Notes under the pieces: generated by a model
Databases searched by the model: none
Told to the model about the DNA's origin: nothing
What the model saw: only the letters and a program-made list of their open reading frames with translations
Source of the DNA: Escherichia virus TH43
Sequence record: MT446414.1
DNA: 64,000 nt
Direction: 5' to 3' (one strand)
Made by a program: the position numbers and the translations under genes
Shown here: piece after piece, positions 30,196 through 39,541 of the stretch
Layout of the letters: each line of letters opens with the position of its first letter
Position numbering within the stretch: the first letter of the stretch is position 1

Positions 30196-31737
30196 TTAGT
30201 AGCTTTGATTCCATCTGTTAATATTTTCTTGATAAAGCGACGAGCTACCATAGCTAGCGTCATGCTTAGACCGACCTCTGTGTGTAACAGAACAAGCTGA
30301 ATATCGCATTGCGTCCATAAGGTCATCATGTTCTTTAATAATCTTACCAACTTTTCGATGGTAACGTGCTTTCTCTTCAAAGAGCTTAGCACATGCGGTA
30401 GTATTAAAGACTTTGAATCGACCTGACATCATACGCTCACGAATATCAGTAATTCCTGGCTCCACAAAGAAGTTCTTCTTACCATCCATTCCGATCTTGT
30501 TATGGAAGGTATCATTTTGTACGTTTACTCCTGCATTTTTATAGAATTGTGCTACAGAAGCACCACTTCCCTTCTCAATGTTATCAGCATCGTGAGGAAG
30601 AATGACTGGAATCCACTGACCACGACCATTAATAGCTGGTGCATGATACACTGGAGTAAAGCCACTTTCTTTATAGCAGTCATAAATGTAGATTGTATCG
30701 GTGTTAGCATCATAAGCTGACCATACAGCTGCCGTCGGGTGATCAATACCAATATCAATGGCACAAACACGTTTCCACGTATCAGGAATTTCAAACGGGT
30801 CACACTTAATTGAATCATCAGATACATCATAAATCAAACCTGAACCCAACAGAGGCATACCTTTAGAGCGCATCTCTAGCTGCCATGCCGGAATACCTTC
30901 TGTCATATCCTTTATGTCTTGGTCAGAGATGTGACCACCTAGGTCCACATGAGCATCCCACCAAGAAGCATTTTGGAAATATAGAGAACCTGTGTTCTCG
31001 TCCCCTTCACCTTTCATAAACTTGTCCACCAGCTCTGTTAATCCGTTCTCTGGTGTAGCTGTAATCGTAACTAAACCTTTAGTAGTAAGTGTACGTGTTA
31101 CGCACTGAGAGAAGATTGCCATACTTTCATAAGGATCTTCTTCGTCCAGCCAAATGTAATCCACTGTAGCACCCATTAATGTGTGTTCACCCTGTTGGGT
31201 AGAACGAAACTCTAACGTACTCAGCCCATCAAATTCGCCTCTAGCATTTTGGTGCTTGATTTGTACGATCTGTAATTTGTTTCCATCTCGTTCTATCGTG
31301 TCAATGACGATAGCGTCACGAGGAATAACACCCGTCCCTAATAAGTTTGTATCCTTTCCGATAGGTGTTCCAAATAATTCCTTTTGCAATACCTTTCTTG
31401 TAGAGTCCCCTGTAATCCCTACTGCCCAAGCCAATATGGGTCGATTAAATCTATATCCTGTCCACCAAGTTGGGTAGCGACCTGTGACATGACAAGCAAA
31501 CTCGTATGCCTCGCTGTAAGATTTACCAACACGGTTAGCTGCACACAGGAATCTAAAGCGATGCTTCAGTCCCGCTGCATAAAAGTCTTTCTGAAACTGG
31601 TATGCTTTAAAAGAAAGAATCCTATTATACTTTCTCCATTGATCTCTATCCTTCAGCATTTCAAGCAGAGCCTTCTTCTCCTCTACCGATAGCTTGTCTC
31701 CAGTTAGTGCTTCATATATTTCTTTATCTAATGACAT
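30196..31737 (-). CDS. terminase large subunit
   Basis: N-terminal ATPase region (CAANRVGKS Walker A-like, WLDEED Walker B-like) and C-terminal nuclease-like region with conserved acidic residues. Confidence 0.75.
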   Translation of the reverse strand: MSLDKEIYEALTGDKLSVEEKKALLEMLKDRDQWRKYNRILSFKAYQFQKDFYAAGLKHRFRFLCAANRVGKSYSEAYEFACHVTGRYPTWWTGYRFNRPILAWAVGITGDSTRKVLQKELFGTPIGKDTNLLGTGVIPRDAIVIDTIERDGNKLQIVQIKHQNARGEFDGLSTLEFRSTQQGEHTLMGATVDYIWLDEEDPYESMAIFSQCVTRTLTTKGLVTITATPENGLTELVDKFMKGEGDENTGSLYFQNASWWDAHVDLGGHISDQDIKDMTEGIPAWQLEMRSKGMPLLGSGLIYDVSDDSIKCDPFEIPDTWKRVCAIDIGIDHPTAAVWSAYDANTDTIYIYDCYKESGFTPVYHAPAINGRGQWIPVILPHDADNIEKGSGASVAQFYKNAGVNVQNDTFHNKIGMDGKKNFFVEPGITDIRERMMSGRFKVFNTTACAKLFEEKARYHRKVGKIIKEHDDLMDAMRYSACSVTHRGRSKHDASYGSSSLYQENINRWNQSY

Positions 31738-31803
31738 GTTTCCTCCAATTAAAACAGAAAAGGGAGAGATCCCTCGCGAAAAGAACCCTCCCCTTTATTC
31801 CTA

Positions 31804-32271
31804 TTAACTCTCGTCCGCTTCCTCCTCCTTTTCAGCGTCCTCAGAGTCCTCTGGAGGTAGCACATCTGCACCTAATGCTCCAGCCAAGAAGTCCTTGATT
31901 TGTGCGTTCAATGAATCTTCATTAATTACATTCTCTTCCTCAATCTTAATCTCAACAGAAGCTGCCTTCGGATATACCAGATCTGCAACTTTACTTGCAG
32001 CCTTGAATCTAAGATCAGGTGGAATATTTGGATCTTCATAAATTTGAATCAACACTTCATCAGGGGACAGATGACTTGAAGCAACTCGGTCCAACATGAG
32101 CTGTGTCAACTTACCTCTACTACCTTTGGGTCGTCCGAACTTATTTCCCTTTTGGAACTTCCCTGTGCTTGGCTCCATACCACGGTTTTCCAATTCATCA
32201 GTTACACCGGGCAATCTTCCTGTAACCTCAGCTACCTGTGCAGGCGTGAGTTCTCCTTTTTCTCCAAACAT
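31804..32271 (-). CDS. putative terminase small subunit
   Basis: Small protein immediately upstream of the large subunit with basic central segment and acidic tail; positional inference. Confidence 0.4.
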   Translation of the reverse strand: MFGEKGELTPAQVAEVTGRLPGVTDELENRGMEPSTGKFQKGNKFGRPKGSRGKLTQLMLDRVASSHLSPDEVLIQIYEDPNIPPDLRFKAASKVADLVYPKAASVEIKIEEENVINEDSLNAQIKDFLAGALGADVLPPEDSEDAEKEEEADES

Positions 32272-32336
32272 CTTATACTCCTTCTACATTATCGTTATAA
32301 CAAAAAGCCTCCCACTAGAGGAGGCAACACTTTTTA

Positions 32337-33023
32337 TTAATCTACATTACCTACGTGCAGGTTGAACAAAGTCTGGAGAGCTACGGTTTCACCTTCCCAA
32401 GTCACTGGAACAGATTTGTCATTCTCTACATCAAAAGAAGAGGACGCCAAAAATTTTTTGTATTCTTCAAGCTCGGGGTCCAGAGCTTGTTCACTAGCAT
32501 GTACCCACGTAACTACTTCATTACCTTCTTCATCAATTACTACATTACGTGACCATTGATCTTTTGAATTTAAATAATTATTCAGAGCCTCATACTCGGC
32601 TTCTTCAATCATCTCAATCATCTCACGGGCATAATCCGGTAGGTGTGCATGTTTGTCAGCTACATACGGAACAACTTCTAAATTGGATGGACACTTACGT
32701 TTAACTTCTTTTGCTACAGTGAAATAGTCTTTCACATCTTTAGCTTCTGTACGAGGAATCAAACCTTCCCATAGTTCACGGGTTGAAGGAGCGTGACCAT
32801 ACACAGAACCATGAGCCAATTGTTTTACCATCTCAACTCGGGATTTACCTCCAGTGGTTTCATGAACACGATTCAGATAGAGAGTGTCCTCTGATAAAGG
32901 ACGGAGATTACCATTGTAAACAACCTCACCTTTACATCCCATGTTCTCGTAGATTGCGTTCAGTGTACTAGTTCCTGTCATATTGTTATTCATCATTCTC
33001 TCCTTCAGTGTCAGTGTTATCAC
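32337..33023 (-). CDS. hypothetical protein
   Basis: ORF at the head of the late operon; start uncertain (several in-frame Met). Confidence 0.4.
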   Translation of the reverse strand: MITLTLKERMMNNNMTGTSTLNAIYENMGCKGEVVYNGNLRPLSEDTLYLNRVHETTGGKSRVEMVKQLAHGSVYGHAPSTRELWEGLIPRTEAKDVKDYFTVAKEVKRKCPSNLEVVPYVADKHAHLPDYAREMIEMIEEAEYEALNNYLNSKDQWSRNVVIDEEGNEVVTWVHASEQALDPELEEYKKFLASSSFDVENDKSVPVTWEGETVALQTLFNLHVGNVD

Positions 33024-33252
33024 TATAACGATAGTCTTTATAAGTCTCAGCTTTGTAGGTTACAAAGCATCTCATGTACAACCAGCCCAATGAACTCAGG
33101 TCTATTGTAACATCAAAATCTTCATCATCGTCTAGGTCTACTAATCTACCCAAACAAGTTATTACTTCAGTGTCCCCAACTTCTTCAACTTTAAATGCAC
33201 ATTTTTCAGTGCGGAAGTAAGGAATCAACTCTGATAAAAAGTCTAGAATCAT
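32986..33252 (-). CDS. hypothetical protein, 88 aa
   Basis: Small ORF, weak evidence. Confidence 0.3.
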   Translation of the reverse strand: MILDFLSELIPYFRTEKCAFKVEEVGDTEVITCLGRLVDLDDDEDFDVTIDLSSLGWLYMRCFVTYKAETYKDYRYSDNTDTEGENDE

Positions 33253-33282
33253 TTTTATATCTCCTCTGATAAACGAGAGTGG

Positions 33283-34410
33283 CTAACCCATAAAGGCGTA
33301 TTCATCTAAAGGCCCACCCATGTATGAACCCATGTACGCTGATGTAAAGGGGACTCTATAAAGGCATACCCATAAAGGCCATGTCACATTAAGGCCACCT
33401 CATACCCATGAGCATGTCTCCACTCTACTTCATAATCCTCTTCGGTGAAGCTACCGTAGTCTTCTTCAGTCATGTTAAGGCCTATCCACCCATTTACTAT
33501 TCCTCACCTTACCACAGTCTGCACATCTCCATGTACTCTTGTAATAAGCGTGTAATCGTTCATCACCTCTTGATATCCGGATTGGATAGTACTCGTGATT
33601 ACATTTGAATTGCTTAACTAGTAACTTAATCTTCCACATAAAGTTGTTCCTCACTCTTAAATCCACAACTAACGTTGGGGCATATAGTTATATATAAGGG
33701 TTTTAAATTCTGATTTGACCGAGTGGACCTAGCCCCTCCGAGCGCGTTTCCTAAAAAGGGGGAGTCCTCATTTAAAAAAGGGTTATTACCAATGCAATTG
33801 CCTTTAGGAAATCAATCAGCCTTTAAGCTCTAAGCCTTGCCCTACCTGCTATCAGTGGCATGCCTACCCATAAATACCCTACCCATTAATATAAGCCATC
33901 TATTTAATACCCATGTATATCTAACCAGTGATTTCCTACCCGTATTTCTCTTACTCATATTGAGAAGGGATGAAAGGCTAGACTCTGATGCACTGTTAAG
34001 GGGTTATAATAAGAGGGCTAATAGTAAGGGCTATTATAGTAAGGTTAGTGATGGTAACACCATGCAATTATATCAATCCTCACACTACCCCACGTTTAAT
34101 AGTAATAACCTATGTTAATGTTTCATGAGTGGATTATTGATGTATGTATCATTAGACTGGAAGTAATAACTTTCTTTTATTATTCTCTTTTAATCTTTTC
34201 TTTTTCAGCGTGCTGTTGGTCTTTTTCTTTTGTTGTTTGAGTAAATTATTTGACTGGTAATTAACTCCCGCATGGTCTGGTCTGTCATCTGTAACTAACT
34301 TACATTATACCCTACCCGTTTCCCCTTCCTCGTTAGGCTTCTTACCCATTGGCTAACCTATGCGGCACGTTCTACCCATCTGTCGTTGCCGTTGGTCTGC
34401 TACCCGTTCT
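33283..34410. repeat. array of about 13 short ACCC[AG]T-core motifs in the divergent control region
   Basis: Repeated CTACCCAT / CTACCCGT / ACCCATAAAGG copies around 33285, 33316, 33329, 33368, 33404, 33867, 33880, 33910, 33938, 34312, 34343, 34374, 34401. Confidence 0.6.
33475..33666 (-). CDS. small Cys-rich (zinc-ribbon-like) protein
   Basis: CNHEY ... CADCGK spacing suggests a zinc ribbon. Confidence 0.3.
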   Translation of the reverse strand: MDLRVRNNFMWKIKLLVKQFKCNHEYYPIRISRGDERLHAYYKSTWRCADCGKVRNSKWVDRP

Positions 34411-34524
34411 ATAAGTGTTATAAAGTAACATTCTGTTAGTAAGCTGTACCTCTGAGTAAGAAAGTTTAGTAAATTAAATTCCTTTTAGATTCAATGAGTT
34501 ATGAAATAGTTTGAAAATAAGTGG

Positions 34525-34552
34525 TTGACATGTTTTTCCTTTAATATATAGT
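34525..34552 (+). promoter_or_regulatory. sigma70-like promoter upstream of the first early gene
   Basis: TTGACA, 16-nt spacer, TATAGT, about 40 nt upstream of ATG 34591. Confidence 0.5.
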
Positions 34553-34590
34553 TGCGACTGTAGTTCACATCAACCGAAAGGATTAATGAA

Positions 34591-35454
34591 ATGTCAAAGT
34601 TAGCAATTAAATACTTGAATCAGGCAAATGATGTACTTTCTCTGTTAGGTCTTTCCGTTGGTGTGCCTTCTCAATGGATGGATAACCAGCAAGCTCGTAC
34701 CAGCTTTAAAAACTCTGTCATTCTGGCTTGTCTTATCATAGATTCCGCTGCGAACGCCTTACAGTGTGAAGATGAGCAGTCAATGAAAGAGAATGGTTTT
34801 ACAGATATGCAAGATGCTATCAACTGTTACATTCAGGCTAATTTAGATAGTTGGACTCAGAATGATTGGCCTGAATCTTGCCGCGATGTTAACGCAGTAT
34901 TATCCCGCTTGTCTGCTATGGTTGAAGCTGTTCAGAACAAGAAGAAGAAAGATAGCAAGCCTTCTATTGCAAGTAAGATTATGAAGTCTGTCAACCTTGC
35001 AAGTTATGCACTGGTTGCAGCTATCGGTGTCAGTGCTATCGCTCCCAATGTGCAGGCAAAAGACTCTCTTTCTACTGGTCTGCAATCCTTTGTTAGCACG
35101 TTTAAGAATGCTCCTGATATGGCTTGCCGTGACGTTGGCAGTGATGGTAATGATTCATTCTGGAAGGTGCATTTTAACTCTGTAACCGTAAAAGATGTGC
35201 GTGTCACTCTTACCCCGTTAGGTGAGAAATCAGGCATTCAGTCGGTTATTAATTTAAAGCGTGCTGACAGTGATCATGATATGGTTACTTATTCTCTATA
35301 TCAGAAGATTGAGAAAGAGAAATTACAGTTTGTAACTAATCTCGTTAGTTATGGTGATGTGAGTGAAACTGTACTCGCTACCACTGCTTACAATGACGGT
35401 GTAGCAGTTTATACAACCTTTATTAACTTTGCTAATTGCGAGGCTATCCAGTGA
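34591..35454 (+). CDS. hypothetical early protein, 287 aa
   Basis: ORF with AGGA upstream; one hydrophobic segment. Confidence 0.5.
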   Translation: MSKLAIKYLNQANDVLSLLGLSVGVPSQWMDNQQARTSFKNSVILACLIIDSAANALQCEDEQSMKENGFTDMQDAINCYIQANLDSWTQNDWPESCRDVNAVLSRLSAMVEAVQNKKKKDSKPSIASKIMKSVNLASYALVAAIGVSAIAPNVQAKDSLSTGLQSFVSTFKNAPDMACRDVGSDGNDSFWKVHFNSVTVKDVRVTLTPLGEKSGIQSVINLKRADSDHDMVTYSLYQKIEKEKLQFVTNLVSYGDVSETVLATTAYNDGVAVYTTFINFANCEAIQ

Positions 35455-35699
35455 ACGAATCATTTGCAACCGTAATAAACTCTCATATGTGCATTCAGCA
35501 TGGTGATTTGGTTATCAGCGGTAAATATGGGCTTGTACTGATCCCTATCCGTGCGCTAGTGTCTTTATCTTCATTGCGTGCACGCATGACCATCGCTCAG
35601 TTGTCCGGCCTTGATCCGATGGATGCTAACGAATATCGTGATTTGCTGGTTAAATCTGGTCTATCGCTGGAAGAATTACTAACCATTGAGGATAATTAA
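35451..35699 (+). CDS. hypothetical protein
   Basis: GTG start overlapping the upstream stop (GTGA); track start 35436 is TTG. Confidence 0.4.
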   Translation: MNESFATVINSHMCIQHGDLVISGKYGLVLIPIRALVSLSSLRARMTIAQLSGLDPMDANEYRDLLVKSGLSLEELLTIEDN

Positions 35700-35701
35700 C
35701 G

Positions 35702-35974
35702 ATGGAAACTATTGCCATTATTGAAACACATAATTACGGCGTAGGCATTACACTGAATTATGATGCTATGGCTGACGTTGGTAATTTGTTATTGATCACC
35801 CCTAGCGATATGAAAATTATTGCCTTCACTGGTATTATGCTTATTGGTGCGGATTATCTTGAGCTAGCCCAATTCTTTGCCCGTAATGGCCTACTATTGG
35901 ACGTTGACGAGGTGCAAGCCATTTGTGAAACCTTTGATAACTATCTAGATAAGGTAGTAAGTGGTGAGCAATGA
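35702..35974 (+). CDS. hypothetical protein, 90 aa
   Basis: ATG two nt after the preceding stop. Confidence 0.45.
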   Translation: METIAIIETHNYGVGITLNYDAMADVGNLLLITPSDMKIIAFTGIMLIGADYLELAQFFARNGLLLDVDEVQAICETFDNYLDKVVSGEQ

Positions 35975-36073
35975 TTCATAAATATTTCTTGCATTGCCTG
36001 ATTGCTTTCTGTATCATGTTATTTACCTATGACATGATTTCTTATGTTGCACGTTCCTTGTAAGGGTTGGATT

Positions 36074-36400
36074 ATGAAAATTAAATTAGCTGTATGTGCT
36101 GCCTTGTTCGCTGTTTCTTCCGTGTCACATGCTGCCGTATTCAATGAGGCTAGCCTTGATGGTCTGCAATGCACCTATCTAATGGAAAATTACGACACTG
36201 GCAAAAAGTCTAGCAAGGTAGTATTGATTGACCTGAATGATTATGATCATCGTGTCGTTGATGGCAAGCATGCAATGCTAGTCAATGAAACTACAGGCAA
36301 GCAAATTACTATTGATCACATGATGCGGTCTAGCATGACGTTGTTCGATGAGTCGATGAACGAAATAGCATCAGGTAACGGCACTTGCACCAATCCGTAA
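36074..36400 (+). CDS. secreted protein (N-terminal signal peptide)
   Basis: MKIKLAVCAALFAVSSVSHA is a signal-peptide-like N-terminus; start moved to ATG 36074. Confidence 0.5.
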   Translation: MKIKLAVCAALFAVSSVSHAAVFNEASLDGLQCTYLMENYDTGKKSSKVVLIDLNDYDHRVVDGKHAMLVNETTGKQITIDHMMRSSMTLFDESMNEIASGNGTCTNP

Positions 36401-36419
36401 CCAACCCGTAAGACTCTCT

Positions 36420-36446
36420 AAGCGCCCTTTTGAGGCGCTTTTTTCA
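36420..36446 (+). terminator. intrinsic terminator
   Basis: AGCGCC cttttga GGCGCT stem-loop followed by TTTTTC. Confidence 0.6.
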
Positions 36447-36694
36447 TTTCTAAGGTGATTGCACATCTTGCCCCTGTTTATCTCGTTAGAACGCCTCCTA
36501 CATGCCTAGCTTTTGATTATAATGCTTGTTTTCTTCCTCCCTTGATGTTATTCGTGCGCGTGCTCATCTATACCTAAAAGAAAGTGAAATTATTTTAGAA
36601 AAAGGTATTGCTTTCTTTGCTTGATAGATTTATATTTGAATCTCAGGTTTAGTTATGCAGTCGGTAGCAAGCCTGATAGGCTAGACTTTTAGCC

Positions 36695-36708
36695 TTGCTC
36701 TTTAAAAA
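36695..36708 (+). promoter_or_regulatory. boxA-like element (copy 0)
   Basis: TTGCTCTTTAAAAA compared with rrn boxA GCTCTTTAACAA; preceded by hairpin GCCTgatAGGC. Confidence 0.45.
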
Positions 36709-36723
36709 CTCGATTAGTGTATC

Positions 36724-36750
36724 TTGATAAACTCCCAACCATGCCATAAT
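36724..36750 (+). promoter_or_regulatory. sigma70-like promoter (extended -10 type)
   Basis: TTGATA ... TGcCATAAT with short 15-nt spacer, upstream of ATG 36763. Confidence 0.35.
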
Positions 36751-36762
36751 GAGGATTTATCA

Positions 36763-36963
36763 ATGAACATCTATACCTTCTCAAGCAAAGACACACAAAT
36801 CACTTGCACTAGCATTAACGTTACTAACATGATTATGAGAATAGTCGGTAGTACATTACAGCAAGCGAAAGAAATGGTAGCCGATGCCGATAAAGGTAAA
36901 GCTATCGCGGTCTTATCGCTGGTAAGTACAGATAAAGATTTAACCTTTAAACGTATGAACTAG
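36763..36963 (+). CDS. hypothetical protein, 66 aa
   Basis: ATG with GAGGA upstream; track ORF 36724 trimmed. Confidence 0.35.
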   Translation: MNIYTFSSKDTQITCTSINVTNMIMRIVGSTLQQAKEMVADADKGKAIAVLSLVSTDKDLTFKRMN

Positions 36964-37030
36964 GGTAAGGTAAGGTTAGCGGCCTTAATGGTCGCTAGTT
37001 TATCAAGATGCATTAATCGAAAAATAGTTG

Positions 37031-37058
37031 TTGACACGTCGAATCGTTATGATAAGAT
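37031..37058 (+). promoter_or_regulatory. strong sigma70-like early promoter P1
   Basis: TTGACA (37031-37036), 16-nt spacer, TAAGAT (37053-37058); A-rich tract upstream. Confidence 0.6.
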
Positions 37059-37104
37059 GTGCACATGGTCAGCGATGACATAAAACATCCGGCACTAAGT
37101 GCCC

Positions 37105-37117
37105 CGCTCTTTAATAA
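37105..37117 (+). promoter_or_regulatory. boxA-like antitermination element (copy 1)
   Basis: CGCTCTTTAATAA, one mismatch to rrn boxA core; preceded by hairpin GGCACtaaGTGCC (37091-37103), i.e. rrn-like boxB-then-boxA order. Confidence 0.55.
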
Positions 37118-37192
37118 TTTATCGTCTTGCCCTTTCGCAAAGATTCACGCGAGATAAGGGAAGAGAACAAAAAGAAGACGATAAAAAAAGAG

Positions 37193-37220
37193 TTGACAAG
37201 GTGAAACGTTCTGATAGAAT
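37193..37220 (+). promoter_or_regulatory. strong sigma70-like early promoter P2
   Basis: TTGACA (37193-37198), 16-nt spacer, TAGAAT (37215-37220); A-rich tract upstream. Confidence 0.6.
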
Positions 37221-37243
37221 GTTCACTAAGCAGTAAGAAACAC

Positions 37244-37256
37244 CGCTCTTTAAAAA
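37244..37256 (+). promoter_or_regulatory. boxA-like antitermination element (copy 2)
   Basis: CGCTCTTTAAAAA about 25 nt downstream of the P2 -10. Confidence 0.5.
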
Positions 37257-37360
37257 TATGAATCAGAAAGTTAAGCGCAACCGCTTACAATCTTGTTAAT
37301 CCAATACGTGATTAACTGGTCATTCGAAAGAATAGACGAGAAAAAGATTTAAAAAAGTGG

Positions 37361-37389
37361 TTGACACGCTAAACAGGATGATTCATAAT
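37361..37389 (+). promoter_or_regulatory. strong sigma70-like early promoter P3
   Basis: TTGACA (37361-37366), 17-nt spacer, CATAAT (37384-37389); A-rich tract upstream. Confidence 0.6.
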
Positions 37390-37478
37390 GAGCACTCACT
37401 AAGCAAATCACCGCGAAGTGAACAGCGTAACAACGGCTAACAGTTGCATAGTGTGAGAAAGCACACTGATAGATTTAC

Positions 37479-37491
37479 CGCTCTTTAACAA
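37479..37491 (+). promoter_or_regulatory. boxA-like antitermination element (copy 3)
   Basis: CGCTCTTTAACAA followed by TTTA matches the rrn boxA consensus as recalled; preceded by hairpin GTGTGagaaagCACAC (37451-37466). Confidence 0.6.
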
Positions 37492-38305
37492 TTTAAACAT
37501 TCTCCTATATCGGTTGAATATGCTAGATGATAATAACCATCGGATAGCATACCAGATAAAACGGTGTAAGATTCTCTAAGTTATCAGAGTAAACAATCTC
37601 ACAATCCCTTACTGGAAACGTCACCACTGATAAGCAGATTCATCGAGTGCACGCAAAGACTTAAGCTAATCGCCCACGGTTAAGGGTAGCGGCGGTCATC
37701 GCTAACAAGGCGCTACGGTGAAAGAAGTTAATCAGGGTAGACAAGCCCGACTAATTAACGCTCAATTGAGAGCGGCGGGGAGTGGTTAAAAAGTGGCAAA
37801 TTGCTATTTAACAATAAGGTTTAGTGTGAACGTTTACGAAGTGAATGATTTGAGGCCACTATTGATGGCGTACATAATCAGTTTATGTAGTAAACCTGCT
37901 GAAAGATATAAAACGTCAATGTATCAGGCGGCTAATGACTCTTTCGCAATAACCTCCCGTAGTGGGCGATGGTTAGCGATTGAGAGTTGGTATAAAAGGA
38001 TAGGCGGGAGCGAAAGCAAAGTAAACGATATTACCGACGGTTACAATAAAGTAACTAATTAGAGTCGGGCACACTGCCTTATTGTGATGATTGATCATCG
38101 CTATCAGGTCGGCTTCGTTTATAGCGACTAATTAAAGATACCAGATGAAACATCACGGATAATGGGGCGGCTAGGTTAACTCCTGATAAGACCGCCCCAC
38201 TTACCTATAACTACTTAATAACGAGCGGTTATAGTTAAGTCATTGTGACTTGAATAGCTCATAGAGAGCGGCGCATAGAGCGTTTCAATTAAAAGGTAAA
38301 TTATC

Positions 38306-39208
38306 ATGGCTAAATCTTTCAATCTGGTTAACGAATCTGGCTTTAACGCACTGGCTAACAACATTCGTAGCAACAACGCAGCGATTAAGCAAGATGTTTC
38401 TAACTTCCTGTTAGGTCACTTACAGCACTTCCGTGCTAACGGTAAGAAGTTAGATGTATTGCAGGCGGCAGTAGACTTCCTGTTAACCGAGCGTTACCGT
38501 GATTTAGATGTGATTGCGGTTGCAATCTCTTTCCTCACTCCTATCAAGTACAACAGCGACGGGGCGAACGGTAAAAAGAAATGGATTAATCTGGAAGGTG
38601 AAGCGAAAGCGAAAGAAGACGCTAAGCCGGAACAAGTTAAGGCCAAAATGGAACAAAACCGTGCCCGCTGGTCTAACTCCTTTGAACGCTTTGCGAAAGG
38701 TGAAGACGTGCAGGTTGATAATCCAGCTTTCTATAAAGGTTGCAATGACAACGTGCCAGTTGCCAACCAAATCAACCAGAAAGTTGGCGAAAACTTCAGC
38801 CAGGATATTTACGCCTTAACTGATCGTTTGGCTGCAATCCGTATTGAAGCGGCCTTACTGGCTGATGAGCGCAACGGTGCATCTTCTGATAACACTATCG
38901 CATTGAGTGAAGAGGTAGGCAAAGTTAAGAAAACTTTTGATTCACTCCTTAAGAAAGTAACCGCATCAACTGTATCTATCAGCGATGACTATCTGATCAA
39001 TGCCTCAGCCAAAGAGCTTGAATCTCTGGATTCATACGCTGATGAAATGGAGAAAGCGATCAACGAAATGACTGAAAAATTGTCTAACCTTCGCGGTCGT
39101 ATCTCAAATGCTTCAACTGTCAAAGCGAACGAGAAGGCGGCGGCAGATGAGGAAGAAGTATTGCGCAAAGCTGCCGCAATCATGGCAGCACGCCAACAAG
39201 CTGCATAA
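38306..39208 (+). CDS. hypothetical early protein, 300 aa
   Basis: First substantial ORF downstream of the promoter/boxA block; ATG with AAAGG upstream; Ala/Lys/Glu-rich. Confidence 0.55.
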   Translation: MAKSFNLVNESGFNALANNIRSNNAAIKQDVSNFLLGHLQHFRANGKKLDVLQAAVDFLLTERYRDLDVIAVAISFLTPIKYNSDGANGKKKWINLEGEAKAKEDAKPEQVKAKMEQNRARWSNSFERFAKGEDVQVDNPAFYKGCNDNVPVANQINQKVGENFSQDIYALTDRLAAIRIEAALLADERNGASSDNTIALSEEVGKVKKTFDSLLKKVTASTVSISDDYLINASAKELESLDSYADEMEKAINEMTEKLSNLRGRISNASTVKANEKAAADEEEVLRKAAAIMAARQQAA

Positions 39209-39228
39209 CTTACAATAAAGAACATATA

Positions 39229-39262
39229 AGGCGCTATTCGAAAGGGTAGCGCCTTTTCTTTT
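39229..39262 (+). terminator. intrinsic terminator
   Basis: AGGCGCTA ... TAGCGCC stem with 10-nt loop followed by TTTTCTTTT. Confidence 0.6.
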
Positions 39263-39316
39263 ACTAGTGCATTGATTCAGTGTACTAATCAAAGAAGCTA
39301 AAAAGAGATAAACACC

Positions 39317-39541
39317 ATGCCAAAATTGAAAACAGAAGTTAAGATGTATCGTAATATCTTAAACAACATGACCTATCGTAAAACCGATAAGTATGGAATC
39401 GAGTGTAAATGCATCCTTACCGGTGAATGGTATCCGTCACCGATTCAAGAACAAGCATTGATTGAAAACTCTGTTACTTACACCATCACGCAGGAAACTA
39501 AGCTAGGCCGATTCCTTCGTAAGTTAGGGCTACGCAAATGA
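39317..39541 (+). CDS. hypothetical protein, 74 aa
   Basis: ATG with AAGAGA upstream. Confidence 0.4.
   Translation: MPKLKTEVKMYRNILNNMTYRKTDKYGIECKCILTGEWYPSPIQEQALIENSVTYTITQETKLGRFLRKLGLRK

Noticed and set aside
30129-30392. 87-aa - strand ORF overlapping the 3' end of the terminase large-subunit gene
   Set aside because: Overlaps the terminase coding sequence in another frame for most of its length and has no ribosome-binding site; the terminase ORF extends cleanly to 30196.
36763-39208. A phage-encoded sigma factor or RNA polymerase among the early genes
   Set aside because: No ORF in the window shows sigma-70 region 2/4 signatures or single-subunit RNA polymerase motifs; the abundance of host-type promoters argues that host polymerase transcribes at least the early region. 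A sigma factor outside this window cannot be excluded.
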